A DNA stretch of 56,450 bases, counting the filler, from Sphacelaria rigidula (taxonomy: Eukaryota), in NCBI GenBank assembly GCA_964200075.2. It is 7 parts of 7 records of this genome, joined end to end, with 100 filler letters (N's around TTAATTAATTAA, not from the genome) between each part and the next. Parts side by side here need not be neighbours in the genome. Positions count along the whole stretch, not along the records: positions 1 to 7,979 come from CAXNAA020012758.1; positions 8,080 to 16,058 come from CAXNAA020012759.1; 5 more parts are not named here. One strand, written 5' to 3'. The notes beneath the pieces are model-generated. The model worked only from the letters and a program-made list of their open reading frames with translations, searched no databases and was not told the DNA's origin. Positions 1 to 12,500 of the stretch are shown here, piece by piece. A program made the translations under genes and the position numbers. How positions within the stretch are numbered: position 1 is the stretch's first letter; the number at the start of each line of letters is the position of its first letter.

Positions 1-1489
1 GGGAGTAGGTGAAGTGTATCCTACCTCGTATTTTTTTTTGCGGGGTTGGCAGCTGCTGCTTCGCAATCAAGAGGTGAGTGCTCGTGTACGTTAAATCATT
101 CCGGGTGAAAAGGTGTGTTGCCCAAAACAGAGGCAACCAGTGATGGTGGGGAAATATTCGAGAGCTGAGAGATCGGATTCCATTGGGAAGTAATAAGAAA
201 TAGTAACATCTATCGATAGCCGTAACGAAGGTAGTTATTACTATCAATGGCTATCGATTGCAGGGTTGGGAATCGTGTTTAAAAAGCAGCGCTTATCCCA
301 CTCGAAACATTCGACATATTGATATCTCAATTCCTATTAAAATATGTCAAAAAAAGCATGTTGTAAAGCAGCGACTATCGACAGGCAAACCGAAGGGCCA
401 ATCGATTGGTATAATACCTATCGACCTGTGGTCCCCACCAAGGTATTGAAACGCAATACCCTATTGTTTGGACTAGGGAAAATACGCTGATTTCAGAAAT
501 AATCATTGATAGAAATCCTGGGTGACATATTGAAAAACAGATAGGCACTGATTGAACAAACTAAAAGCTATCTAATTTAGGAACAGATATCGATGGAATA
601 ATTCACGACCTATCGACGTACACAATAGATATCTATCTCCGATGTCGTGTACTATTGAATGGACCAATAACCTATCAAATAGGATATTATCCAGGGTGTG
701 GTGTATACAGGACTGACTGTTGTACTTTATTTCAAGATTTTCGAAGGTCCTCGTATCTAGCACGGCGGAAACATATACAACAGTGTATTTACTGCCACTC
801 TGGTATACGATACACGGCAGAACACGCGCACGCACCAAGATCCTTGGTGCGCTGGAGGGGGGCCTACGATGCACTACCTGGTGAGATAACCCGTGCTGTC
901 TGTTATGTGGACTGAGATGATGGCAGCTGATTCGCACATATTTATGTCCATGAATGAAGGCAACAAGTGAGCGCGAGAACCCCAAAAATCTACCGAGAGC
1001 TCCTGTCCTTATCGCTATACTCCCCGCGCAAGCGATGACCACACTGTACTGCACTATACTGTGTTCAACTGCATAAATAACACTGTGCTACATACAGGTG
1101 GTTCTCACCGTACTTGGCACATACAGAAATGCACTCCGCTTTCGACTCGGGACCAAGTTGACAACATTTCCTCCTCTCAAGGTCCCGGTTTCACTCCCGA
1201 GATGCGGACCTCGGCATGATGCGGGCTGATGAGTCGTCTATTGCGCCGCATCGTACATGCCTGAAATTTGCTAAATATAAAATACCGTCTTCTACGGCAA
1301 CTAATCTCGATTTATTTGGGGCCCCATCTCAAATTGGCGAACTCAAAATCGGGGAGACCGTTTTACGGTATCACAGAGTTGCGGAACAGTTCTGTACAGT
1401 CGTTTTGTAAAAGAGTGTGGTATCGCGTACTCGTGCATGAAAGCCGAAGAGCAGGCAGGCGGCGAGTAATTCTTCGAGTACAGTAGTAT

Positions 1490-3150
1490 CGTACAGTGGT
1501 ACCCTATGGTGATACAGTGCAGGATGGCACTCCATCATTACAGTAGTAGAACATGATAATGCCGTGTGGTATTACATGATGGCACAGTCGATGTTGCGAG
1601 ACCAATACACAACAGTGCAGTGAACAAAGAGTGCGCGAGAAAGTACAGCAGTGTAGTGTCATACACAACCCTGCAAGTACAGCGACAATAGACGAGAATA
1701 GTACAGTAGTACCGTTCGTTGTAGTAATACATATCGCAGCGCAGTGCAGCATAACATATTACCCCGATTTGGACCCCCGATTTGGGGCAGATATTATGCA
1801 GGAGTCTCCGATCTGAGCAAAAAGGTGATGAACCGAAAGTCAACGTCAGAGAATCGGAGAAGAATTGATCTGCTTTCCTCAAGCTAAATTAGGCGAAAAA
1901 CATTGCCCAACGGAATGGTATCCCAATAATCAATCAATCCACGAGAAAAAAGTGCCTGCAGACGGGCTGAAATCCTCATACAGGTGGCGACAGTACAGTT
2001 GGGAAATCAAGGCTCAAATTTTCAGATTTTGATAAATTGATACTCGTACTAAAATTTTTATAATTTTTCAGCTGAAAACTTTCCAAGGTCGTGTCCTGTA
2101 GGGTAAGTTTTTCCGTATACCCAGGGTATTTCGTAGGGTATTTACCGTACCCGACAGTTCTGTGACTTCTGTAAGACTTTCATACCGGTACCGGACAGTT
2201 CTGTAATCTCTGCAAGGCTTTCATACCCTTACCCGAAAGTTTTGTAATCTCTCTGTTAATAGCCGAAAAACATTACCCAACGGACTGGGTTCCGATAAAT
2301 CAATCCGCAGGAGAAAAGAAACGGGCTGAAATCTCCATATTTGTTCCAATCGAGATTCGTTGCCGTAAAAGTGGGTCTTATTAGACCGTTGATTAGAGGT
2401 ACAGTATCTCAAGCTCGAGGTTCCTGATATAGTTTACCGTAAATTATAATGTGAAATATACCGGGAATCTCGAGTTTGAGATACCTTTATACAGTTGATT
2501 ATGGTAATACGAGTAGTCACAAATCTCGATCTGTGCGCGGGCCGGTGTACCTCACACTCAAATCGGGAAACGCCTTTTGTAGCCCCATATGACCGATGGG
2601 GGGACCTCAAATCGGATTTTGTTTTTGAATTTTTCGATTTTTGCGGGATTTCCCGCGATCTGCTGCTGTGCTCCAGGTCGGAGGAAAGTTGCGGTCCCCC
2701 CAATTTGTAGGAAGGTGACGTACATACAGTGAAGTACAGCAGGAGAGCATAGAGACACTTGATCTTTTTGAAACCGGAGCAGCAGACAGCCTCACGACAG
2801 CATTGACCGTGCCTGCCCGCCCAAGCTGCTAAGGTAGCTTTGTAGCACAGGTACGTGCGCGCACGGGGTTCGACAAGCGGATATGAAGAGTTTACGCTGC
2901 GCTGCCGTATGCCTCACCGTAACAAAGGATGCTGTACTATCCTACTATCCTACTCCCTGCTGTCGTTGCACTTGCAGGGTGATGTACGGCACTGCACTCG
3001 TACTGCCCTGTTCTCTCGCACACTGTGCTGTTCTCGCAGTACTGTCTGTACCTTGTTCATGCAGTGCCGTACGGCAAGGCGGTCTCGTGTACTGTAATGG
3101 TGGAGTGTACTGCCCTGTATTTCACCCTACGGTACAACGGTATGACAATG
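1490..3150. repeat. Pair of diverged ~260-bp inverted repeats (about 1490-1745 and 2895-3150), possible long-TIR element remnant
   Basis: The reverse complement of 1490-1745 (…tgtcgctgtacttgcagggttgtgtatgacactacact… tactgtaatgatggagtg…) aligns by eye with 2895-3150 (…tgtcgttgcacttgcagggtgatgtacggcactgcact… tactgtaatggtggagtg…). Boundaries are approximate. Confidence 0.65.
2143..2256 (+). repeat. 41-bp tandem repeat array (ccgacagttctgtgacttctgtaagactttcataccggtac), dispersed family
   Basis: Units start at 2151, 2192 and 2233 (period 41). The same unit recurs at about 11201-11295, 13900-13983 and 14447-14640. Confidence 0.8.
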
Positions 3151-4262
3151 TTGTTGTTTTCTATGAATGATCCACTGCGTTCCTGTTCTTCGGCTTCATC
3201 TCTTGAGTGTTAGCGCGGGATTAGTGTCACGTTTCCCACCACCACCCCCAAAATGAAGACGCGACGGAATCAAAGAAGTGTGCAGAGGGTTATATTGCAA
3301 TAAAGGCGATACGCAACTGTAGTATGTATCTGAAGCTACGTTCTCATCCCAGTCTGGCTCGATTCCGCCCAGTACAGCTCCCAAACGAGCGATGAATACC
3401 CCTAAAACAAGTAGTTCCTATTTGTACAAGCGAAAAGTCATTTCCCAAGATATCCCTCGGACACGCAATCGAAGATTACTGATACTGTACGGGTGTCTAC
3501 AAGCTGAAACTCGGCGGGGTGGTACAACTAACTACTAGTCGTCGTTGAAGCCTAAGAGTGCTTCGATTGGGGGTCGGAATAGCTCAGCACCTGCCGCAGA
3601 GTATCTTCGCTTTACCCCCATTTTTTCATATGCCACAGGGATCCGTGCAGCCAGAAACTGGAGGAGTGGTAGGCATACGTTTTATCTACACAGAGCAACT
3701 TCATTTGCCTCTGGAGCTGCCGTGTGTATCGAGATAATGCCATCTCGGTGGGGTTTTAGAACATGTGAAATGCGGTGCAAAAACCCATCCGGTCATAGGT
3801 GGTATCGAAATTGAGCGGCAAATAATTGCGCCGCGTTCAGTTGGTTTTGGTTCATGCTACGGTGAGGGATGCACATCTGGCCGCAAATCCTCATCATTGA
3901 GGATCTCCCAAGGCCAGGAGTGACACAACATTATGGGTCAGGTTATTCCTGTGTCATAATGCAATCCGGATATATCGAGCCCTCGCAAATGCTGATCGTG
4001 ACGTGCTCATATATTTCAAAATGCGATATGTTTTCGCGGGTTTGACACTCTGAGACACGACTGAGGGTGAGAATCGGTCGACCGAGAAACGGAATGATTT
4101 CGATTCCGAAATGCTCCGCCGGGCCTTATGTGAGGACCAAAAAGCTTTCTGTGGCATATTGCCGTGAAGCCTTTGATGCATGGGAATAATGTATCGACGT
4201 AAACCTGTGAGCGCTCGACCGTGTTCGACAGAAGAAAAACGCACACACACATACACAAAATG

Positions 4263-4706
4263 AACCCGAGATTTTACAAGTTAGAGATGGATTTGTTTTT
4301 GAGGATGAGAACCCAGAGAAATAAAATCTTCGTATCCACACCAAATCTCCGAAATATTGTTCCACTCCATCACCTACTGGTAGCTATTGACAACTACTAC
4401 ACCCAATACATCTTTGGATCCTGATAACCGACATGTTAGGGTCGTAGGTGAAGAAACAATTTGGGGGAATTGAGATGATCCGACCGGATCGCCGAAATTC
4501 CCCAAAAATGGTATTTCACCTACGACCCCAGCATCTCGGTTATCGAAATCCGAATTTGTCTGGCGTGTAGCATCCGTCAAAAGCTACCAGAAAATGAAGA
4601 AATGCAACCATATTTCGAAGTTTTGATGCGGATACGAAGATTTTTATTCCCCGGGTTTCCCTCCCTCAATAAAAAATACATCCCCACTTTGTAAAAATCT
4701 CGTGTT
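4263..4706. mobile_element. Foldback (whole-length palindromic) non-autonomous element, family A variant
   Basis: Arms pair throughout (aaaatcttcgtatccacaccaaa / tttgatgcggatacgaagatttt; gataaccgacatgttagggtcgtaggtgaa / ttcacctacgaccccagcatctcggttatc) around the centre gatccgaccggatc. The interior is homologous to 8828-9171 and 13984-14446. Confidence 0.8.
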
Positions 4707-6095
4707 GATGACAAAAAATGGGCAACTTGGAGTGAAACATAAAAAATGAAGTCTCACTCAACGCTAGACTCTCAAACTCGCGAAAACCTTATTATTACTC
4801 GTGGTTTGGATGAGATAGAGGGCACGTAATAATTCAACGCTCGGAATATGTTTGTGCGCCCCTATACCGTAGCACCACTCTATGTATCTATCTTGGGGAT
4901 ATCTTTTCCCGCAATCGTACATGCAACAACCAACATTGCCCGCCAGTAGGAACTGCGTTACGCACATGTGCATGCCGTTGTCCCTGGGATGGCGCGTAAA
5001 GCGTGCTTGCGGCATGCGGGGTGGTCGTGCAACGTGTAACGCACGGTCACATCCCGCCGACTCGCTGTGTCGTCCGCGAAACCGTAAGCTTTCGAAATTA
5101 ATAGAGTGGTACCGCTGAAATAGTGCCGGTGTTTGCTTCGAAGAGTAGGTGGCCACATCGACTGTCCGGCGTGGTTCAGGCGGAATGTCGGTGAGAAACT
5201 GGCACGTAAAAAGGGAGGGAAAACGTCAGCTGACGTCTTCTCTCGAGCATTCAGCACATTGAACAGTAGGTCATCAAAATTGAGGGTAGAGCTTTTTATT
5301 GGGGATGATAACCGGAAAGAAATATTGTTGCATCCCTTCATCCACCGGTGGCTACCGGTAAACACTGCACGCCGTACAATTCTGTGTTTCAATCACCGAA
5401 ATTCGGGGCCAGTAGATTATATGTATATATATATATATATACATGGGTAACGTACGTGACCCATAAGGATCGCCTACATCCACCAACATCGCCTTTTCAC
5501 CTTGGACCTCAAAGTTTCGGTTCTCCGAATCCACAATTTTTTGGCATGCAGTTGTGGCCACTGGCTGCCAGGGCGTGAACGAACGCAAAGGGGTCGAAGA
5601 ATTGGTGTAGATGATAACATTTCAACTTTCCGGGATGTCATCATCCTCATAGAAAAACTCCAACCCCAATTTTGATTATCGACTGCGATCGGTGTTACTG
5701 ACGATGCCCGGCGGTTCGCCCGCTGTGCAGAACAAAATTGGACGCAGCCTAGCTCCTGAAATCGATGCGCGTGCGGTGGCCGGGGCGCACAGTACTCCAA
5801 CACGTTGAGTGCAAGGCCATGTCTTTCAACTGATTTGTGTTTTCTGAATCGTTTGAATCATATCATTGCTTGTCTTCACGTTCAATCGGCGATTCGCCCA
5901 AGGGCATCGCTGGACTACTCGCCGTATTGATGTACACCCAAGGGCCCACCACACCAAGCACAACACACCTTTCCCATCAACGCAAGGAACGGGCTATGAA
6001 TGCCTAGAGGAGGAGACAACAACAGCCACGGTTACATATATACCTGTGCAATCTATCAACACGATACATGTCTTCAACTTTCTCTACAGGTTAGA

Positions 6096-7200
6096 TCAAA
6101 ACGCGAATTCATCGTCATGATCTTTGCCCGCTTCCGATACCGAATCTTCCTCCGATGCGCTGCACTCGGAATCTAAATCTCCTATCCAGATCCCCGCTGA
6201 ATACTTCGACCCGCCCTGCGAGGGTCCATCTCCTTCGCCGTAGCTGCAATTGCGACTGGTAAGATCTGTTCCCAGATCCGATCCCTCTCCCATCACCCTC
6301 CCGCCGTCGCGCCAGAACGACGCCCCACCATGACTACTATCTACATCTGCCCCTGGCGCTTTTCTCACTCCATTCGCCTCGCCCCCAGGACGCAACGCCG
6401 CTGACCCGCTCTTTCCATGGCTCGCCGCGGATCCGCCCCTGCCATGCTTCCCCGCTGATCCGCCTCTTCCACGGTTCGCCATCGATCCGCCCCTCCCGTT
6501 ATGACGTCGGCGGCGTGGCCGATGTTTACTGCGCCGGTATTATCAGTGGACGTCGCGTCTGTCGCCGGGGAGGTGGGAGGGGGGAACAAGCATCGGTCCT
6601 GGCAGCCGCAGCTCAGCGTGCAGTTCCCCGAACACCTGCATCCCCGGCACCGGTGATGTCTTTGCGCCGCCCTTTCTGGCATGCAAGCACATCGGAGGGT
6701 TTGCACGTTCCCGGGTGCATCCACGTACGCGTGGCTTGACAAGTACACCACTATGTTGTCCCGTGTAAGCTCCGCCATCCCTCTGCTGGCTGTCTTCACC
6801 CAACCCTTGTGGTGAGTCTTCTTTGCCGGTTCAACGCCGCATCCGCGCCCGTTCAAATTCACTGTGGGCATGCTCTTCCCAAAACTCCCCCCCCCCAATG
6901 TTCGACTACTGCATCGGACTTAGCGACGTGCATCCTACATGCGTCCAAATCCGGGCAGCAGCGAGAAGGCATTTGTCCATGCGCTGTGGAGATACACAGG
7001 CGGATCTTGCTCACGAATAACTCCAAGTTCTGCCCATGCGTCGTGAGCAGAAGTCCAGGATCCGCGGCGATCCGCGCAAAAGCTTTTTTTTTTCATAGCC
7101 ACACTCCTGCAGAAAATGCCACACCCCTGCAGAAAATGACCCTCCGTGTACAGAGCTATTTCAACACATTTGTGAAACCATGATGGGATCCCTTCCACTC
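6096..7200 (-). pseudogene. Frameshifted ORF remnant with a Cys-rich CXC-like motif and low-complexity acidic tail, probably transposon-derived
   Basis: Overlapping minus-strand frames give …CCPDLDACRMHVAKSDAVVEHW…GW… then CACMPE…CRGCRCSGNCTLSCGCQDRC, then a Gly/Ser/Asp-rich tail ending DHDDEFAF*. Frameshifts and stops are present. The family assignment is inference only. Confidence 0.4.
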
Positions 7201-7979
7201 TCGTGCAGCGACCCCCTCGCAGGTTGACTGAATCGGACTATGCCCCATTTGGGTTCCAGAACTGCTCTTTTTTCGCTACACAAATCGCCTTTTTCATGAG
7301 CATGTGGATATTTTTCATCCACTGTATATAGAAAACAGTCCCGGGGAACCCCTGACCAGCTTTGACCCTGCAGTCAATTGTGTGCAGAGTCGTTAAAAAT
7401 GTGTGCTGTACGGGATGTCTTCACTGGATACAACGGCAAGAGGAAGTATAAGTGTGCCATCGCTCTCCACTGAACACAACTTGCTGCATGCTGCTGGTGC
7501 CTCAGCCTAGTGCTCAATAACAGTACTACAGACAGTGTGAAGCTATGCTGGCAGCACATGAGGAGTCAGGCAGGCGGCGTAGACCACGAGCAGAATACAA
7601 AACAAGCTATTTGTCCCCATGTAATATGTGATTGATTCGCCATGACCAAAATGAGTCGTGGGGGTAGACAGCGAATTAGTCCGATTTAGTCCACCCGAAT
7701 TGGAACAAAAGTGCTCATTTTGACGATCGTGATTGGTCAGATTGGGCATCCCGCGCCTCTCGGGCCTCGTGTACGGCTCATAATGTTCCGCGGGAAACGT
7801 CTAGACGCAGGTGGTTGACTCCGTGAGCTTCTCCGATGCTTTGCCTACAGACTCCCCCCCCCCCCGCTCGGACGGGACGGGGATAAGATGTGTGAAACGT
7901 CACTCATTACGTAATGAGTTACAGAAGGAACATAATGCGCGCCAGAATGTTGGAGGTGTCTCTATTAGGAGTAGGAACG

Positions 7980-8079
7980 NNNNNNNNNNNNNNNNNNNNN
8001 NNNNNNNNNNNNNNNNNNNNNNNTTAATTAATTAANNNNNNNNNNNNNNNNNNNNNNNNNNNNNNNNNNNNNNNNNNNN
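7980..8079. other. Artificial contig linker N44-TTAATTAATTAA-N44
   Basis: Exactly 100 bp. The 12-mer carries stop codons in all six frames. Confidence 0.98.
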
Positions 8080-8589
8080 ATTCAAGTTCGTGCGCAAGAT
8101 TCTCAAACTCGGATAGAGGAAATACCGAGGTATTCCCAGGGTTGCTCACCCATGAATAGTGCTGGTTTAAGATCAAACCTCAGCAAGCATTCTGATACAG
8201 TATATTCGAGAAAGCATTTGGATCAGAACCAAATGGTACCAAACTAGGGTAGAATGAATATCGGGGTATTGTTGATGGGCATTCAGATTGTACCGTAAAA
8301 TTGCTGCACGGCGCCAGCATATCGAAGGCGTTGCGAGGTATCGAGGATGTACTGCCGTGGGTGGGGGCTGGTAAGATGGGGCGCTGGGGCAGGTAGGTTC
8401 AATGTTCACTTACCTGCACGCTTTTTTTTTATGGCCATCATTCGCCCATACTCCTTGTAGCGTGTAATGTAACGCCAGCCATCTAATTCATGGTCACCGT
8501 TCGCCCATACATTCAACATAGTGTGTGAAGTGACGTCACGAAGTCGCCGACGGTCACGGATCCTCACCATACCCAAGTGATACACTATA

Positions 8590-8827
8590 CTCAAATACAG
8601 ATCTCTGTATTACTGAGAGTGTTTACTCAATAATTTAGAGGAGTATTGGAGGTCGTACTCGATCCACGCAAAATTTGAGTTGAATATTCGAGGCCACACT
8701 CGACCTACTCAAAATTTGAGTAGAGTATTTGAGGTCATACTCGACCTACTCAAACTTGGAGTAGAGTAAATACTCGAGTATTTTACTTGAGTACTCTAAA
8801 GTACATACTCTACTCGTCCTGCCCTTG
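8590..8827. mobile_element. Right end of a hAT-like element with 41-bp subterminal tandem repeats
   Basis: Ends tactctactcgtcctgcccttg, matching the terminus of the MITEs at 26389-26592 and 35299-35503. About three 41-bp units (gaggtcatactcgacctactcaaaatttgagtagagtattt) lie at about 8649-8768. The left end was not found. Confidence 0.65.
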
Positions 8828-9171
8828 CACTCCTTCACCTACTAGTAGCTACTGAAAAGTTCTACATGCCATACTCATTTTGATTTCGATAACCGATATG
8901 TTGGGGTCCTAGGTGAAAAACCAACGTGGGGGAATTTCGGCAATCCGATCGGATCACAAAGATTCCCCGAAGTTGTTTGTTCATATAGGGCCGCAACATT
9001 TCGGTTATCGACATGCAAACTTCTTTGACGTGTAGTGCTTCTCAATAGCCACCAGTAGGTGAAGGAATGGAACCATATTCTTAAGCTTTGGTGTGGATAC
9101 GAAGATTTTAATCCTCCGGGTTGTCATCGTCAATCAAAAGCTCCATCCTCAATTTCGATGATCGGCTGTTG
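8828..9171. mobile_element. Foldback element family A, truncated on the left
   Basis: Closely similar to 14086-14446 (ccttcacctact…catcctcaatttcgatgatcggctgttg). It begins exactly where the hAT-like terminus ends. Confidence 0.85.
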
Positions 9172-10885
9172 TTAGTGAAAAGGTTCATGCTCGATGTTGA
9201 GGATTAGCTCTTTATCGCGTGTATGACTCTTGCAACGCCGTCGGGGCCGGGCGTAACTTACAAGAAGAAACGAAGTCCGGCGAAGGTAGAGACGCGGTCG
9301 GCTGACGGCGGGAGCTGAGGGTACCTTGTATGACAAGTGAGTGTAACCCAGAACCATTCACTCCAGGAGTTGTCTTGGTGAAGACGTTTTCGCCACCGCC
9401 CCACCGGTACAACACCTGTCGTGCAGCCCTTTACGCGGGTTCTTATCGGAAGTGAGTATTACGTTCCTAAAAACTCGGAATAAGATGACCGATGATTGGC
9501 CATACGAAGGGTGAGCTGCATCCTGCTGAGATTGCTCGGCCCCAAGCGCACTGAATATCTTGCATTTGGATGACACCGTGAAACGACTCGCTACATGTCC
9601 TCCTGTCGCCATTTCTGGGAACCCGGGTACAGCTGACACACTGCCTCATGGGGGGTCGTACCATATGAACACCACGTCGAATAATCACCCCCTCGGCGCC
9701 AAATCTACATTCCCCTACCCTCCTCGAGAATGCCTAGCTTACGCTCTGAGTGGCGTGTTTTATAGCGGGATTGCCGAACGATGCCAATCCCATACCTGGG
9801 GCGGAGCACGCCGGATTTTCACCGGACCGTGGGCGGGTAGCATAGTCATTTGTTACTTGCCTTGGTCATTTGACTGTCCACTACTCATCCCATTTTAAAA
9901 CGGTGCACCTTGCCTACTCCTTTTATAAGACACCTCCCAAGTTCCGACGCTCACTTCATTTCATCCAAGCATTACACAAACACTTCAGGTTGTCTTCTGT
10001 AGGGTACGGTTTTCTGTACGGGCTAGGCCAGCCTAAAAGCGGATTCAAGCTCTAAAAGCAATATCTCATCGACACAGACGAGTTGGTCCGTGATTCACAC
10101 ATCGCATCAATCGTCTAATCAGTTGGAAGGTGCCCATCTGCTCAAAAGTTTGAGCCAATATTTTCTCGTTGATTAAACCCTATGTCTAGTAATTCTCATA
10201 CCTAACGGAGATGGCGTCCACACTAAAATCTCCATGGAACCCCCGGTTGATACATTCAGCGGATGACGACGAATTTTGGCGTGGACATTCTCTGGAGCAC
10301 GGGGAGACGATAAATGCCCTCACCTTCACCTAATTCGTCATCTATCCCGAGATATGGTGCACATAATTTTCTATACTAAAATCAATATATTACGAGCAGA
10401 GGCACTAGATGCCCTTTATCTGGATATCGCGTCTCAGTGTGAAAGAGTTGCATGATAAAAATATATAAAAACAGCTTGCTACCTTTTTTTTTCATTTTGG
10501 TTTCATTTTTTTTCGTGTTTTTAGTTGAGTTTTGACGAGAAATGAACGCTCCTGTTAGGCCTTCTCTCAATGCTTTAGCTCAATTTTTATAATTGTGATT
10601 TTAGACTTAGCATGGAGAACCACAAAAGTGTGCCGAAAAAAATATATAGGCCTTCATTTAATTTTTTAATAGAGGTTAGAGCGTTCTCGTGAAGAAATGG
10701 TCATTACCATACTAGAAGGGTCTAAACCAGTGGAGAAAATAATTGAAAAAAATGACCCACTGAGTTTTGTTAATTATGCCTCAGAGAGCGCCCACACAAA
10801 ATTTCAAGACACGAGAACCAAACGTGGGTCGGTGAGTGGCCTGCGAAATACTGTTCCGAATTTCTACCCACTCGGCTTTGAAAAG

Positions 10886-11135
10886 CCTCATGATTCGCCC
10901 AATATTTAGAGTTGGGCCGTAAAATTTGGTATGGACAATGCATAGGTCATGAAAAAAAAAAACGTTGGTATCATTTTTTTCATGAGTTACGGACAAAAAT
11001 TAGTTTTCAGGTATCAGTAGAGTGCCCTTAACTCATGAAAAAAAAATGGTGCCGGCGTGATTTTTTTCCGTGCCCTATGCATTGTCCATATCAAAATTTC
11101 ACGCTCCAACTCTGAGTATTGGGCGGAGCATGGGC
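10886..11135. mobile_element. Foldback/MITE-like inverted repeat with ~110-bp arms
   Basis: cgcccaatatttagagttgggccgtaaaatttggtatggacaatgcatagg…catgagtta pairs with taactcatg…cctatgcattgtccatatcaaaatttcacgctccaactctgagtattgggcg. Confidence 0.75.
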
Positions 11136-11200
11136 CTGCAAACTTCAAATCCGCCTCTCGGCTGGCCCAGCTCGTATACCCGGGGTGCTTCCCCGGGCAC

Positions 11201-11295
11201 ATACCGGTACCCGACAGTTCTGTTCACTCTGCAACACTTTCAAACCCGTACCCCATAGGTCTGTGATTTCTGTAAGCCTTCCGTGCCGTCACCGG
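11201..11295 (+). repeat. 41-bp repeat family, about 2 units
   Basis: ataccggtacccgacagttctgttcactctgcaacactttcaaacccgtac, the same unit as at 2143-2256. Confidence 0.7.
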
Positions 11296-11589
11296 GAGCA
11301 CGGGTACGGGGCAGGGCACCGGCGAAAAAAAAAACGCTTGCTGGTTAGGAAGCGTCGTTCTCAGAATGTAAGAACCGGGTACACCTGTTTTTTTTCAGCC
11401 GGTTCATCCGTTTCACCGGCAAATCGGTTTGACCTCATGAGCAAGGGAAACCGCCTCCAAATCATTGAAGCGCAGATAACAAAAGGTGTTGTCCTGTGTT
11501 GTCGTGTGGTACATCTGTCGAACGTACAGCACGGTGGCTGGTGACACCGATTTCAATGCTTGGTGCGGAACGGTGTTGCTGATTACTTG

Positions 11590-12500
11590 AGCAGCTGCTC
11601 CTTAATGTGTCACATGGACGCTACGTTCTGAGGACTTCGACAGTCTGTGGACTGCATATCACAAGCTTCCGGAGAATAGATCGACATGGCTACAAGACTC
11701 TTTCGTACAGGGCAGTGCTCGAGGTGACCACTGCGAACGTATCAGGACGACTATCCGCAAACGTCAACTCTGCTTCGCGGGAGCCCTTGTCCGGCGGAAG
11801 GAAACATGCCTTCCTAAGGGCGTCATGAACGGTCGGCATACCACACGAGGGCCCAACGAGGCCGGCCGCCGCCCCAAGCAATGGGAGGATACCCTCCAGG
11901 AAAACCTTCGTGCACTAGGGGCTGTCCCGCACAAAAGAGCCCGACGGAATTTGTTTGTCTACGGTGTAGAGGTTAACGATGCATACGATTGGGTCACTGC
12001 GGCGAACAACATGGGCAAATGGCATATCGGAGTCGAAAAAGGAGCAGAAGAGTTTGAGAACATATGGCGACGCGCGGACAAACGAGAATCAGACCGCCGT
12101 CACAAACGAGAGACTGCTGCGTCGAGAGCTGCCAATCGAAGAACCCTGGTTGCTCAGATCGCTTTTTGATTATGTCCTTGGTTAGTGGCTCTGCGGTGCC
12201 CACTGGTGTGTGTCTGTATCCACTCTGCTGCCCTGAATCCCTTGGGCTTTTCCCTTCTTTTTTTTCTTCCTTTTTTCTTTTCTTTCTTTTTGTTCTAGAT
12301 CGGACATGTCTTTCTATGCTTTGCTTTTTTTAATGTTGATTCCTTGCTTTTTTCACGTCTCAGTCTGCCATGTCGTTTTATTCGACCTTTTCTGTTCACT
12401 CTTTTTCTTCAGCAAGTGTTTCAGTGTTGTTTGTTCTTGGGTACGTCCGTCATGCGACCACCGCTGGATCCCTGGGGGTGTCAGTTAAAGTGCGACGATC
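11590..12500 (+). mobile_element. 5'-truncated, degenerate non-LTR retrotransposon (RTE-like LINE) 3' end with T-rich 3' UTR
   Basis: Frameshifted translation CVTWTLRSEDFDSLWTAYHKL…FRRIDRHGYKTLSYRAVLE…CERIRTTIRKRQLCFAGALVR…LPKGVMNGR…GRRPKQWEDTLQENL…DWVTAANNMGKWHIGVEKG matches the characteristic post-RT C-terminus of RTE-clade ORFs. Confidence 0.8.
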
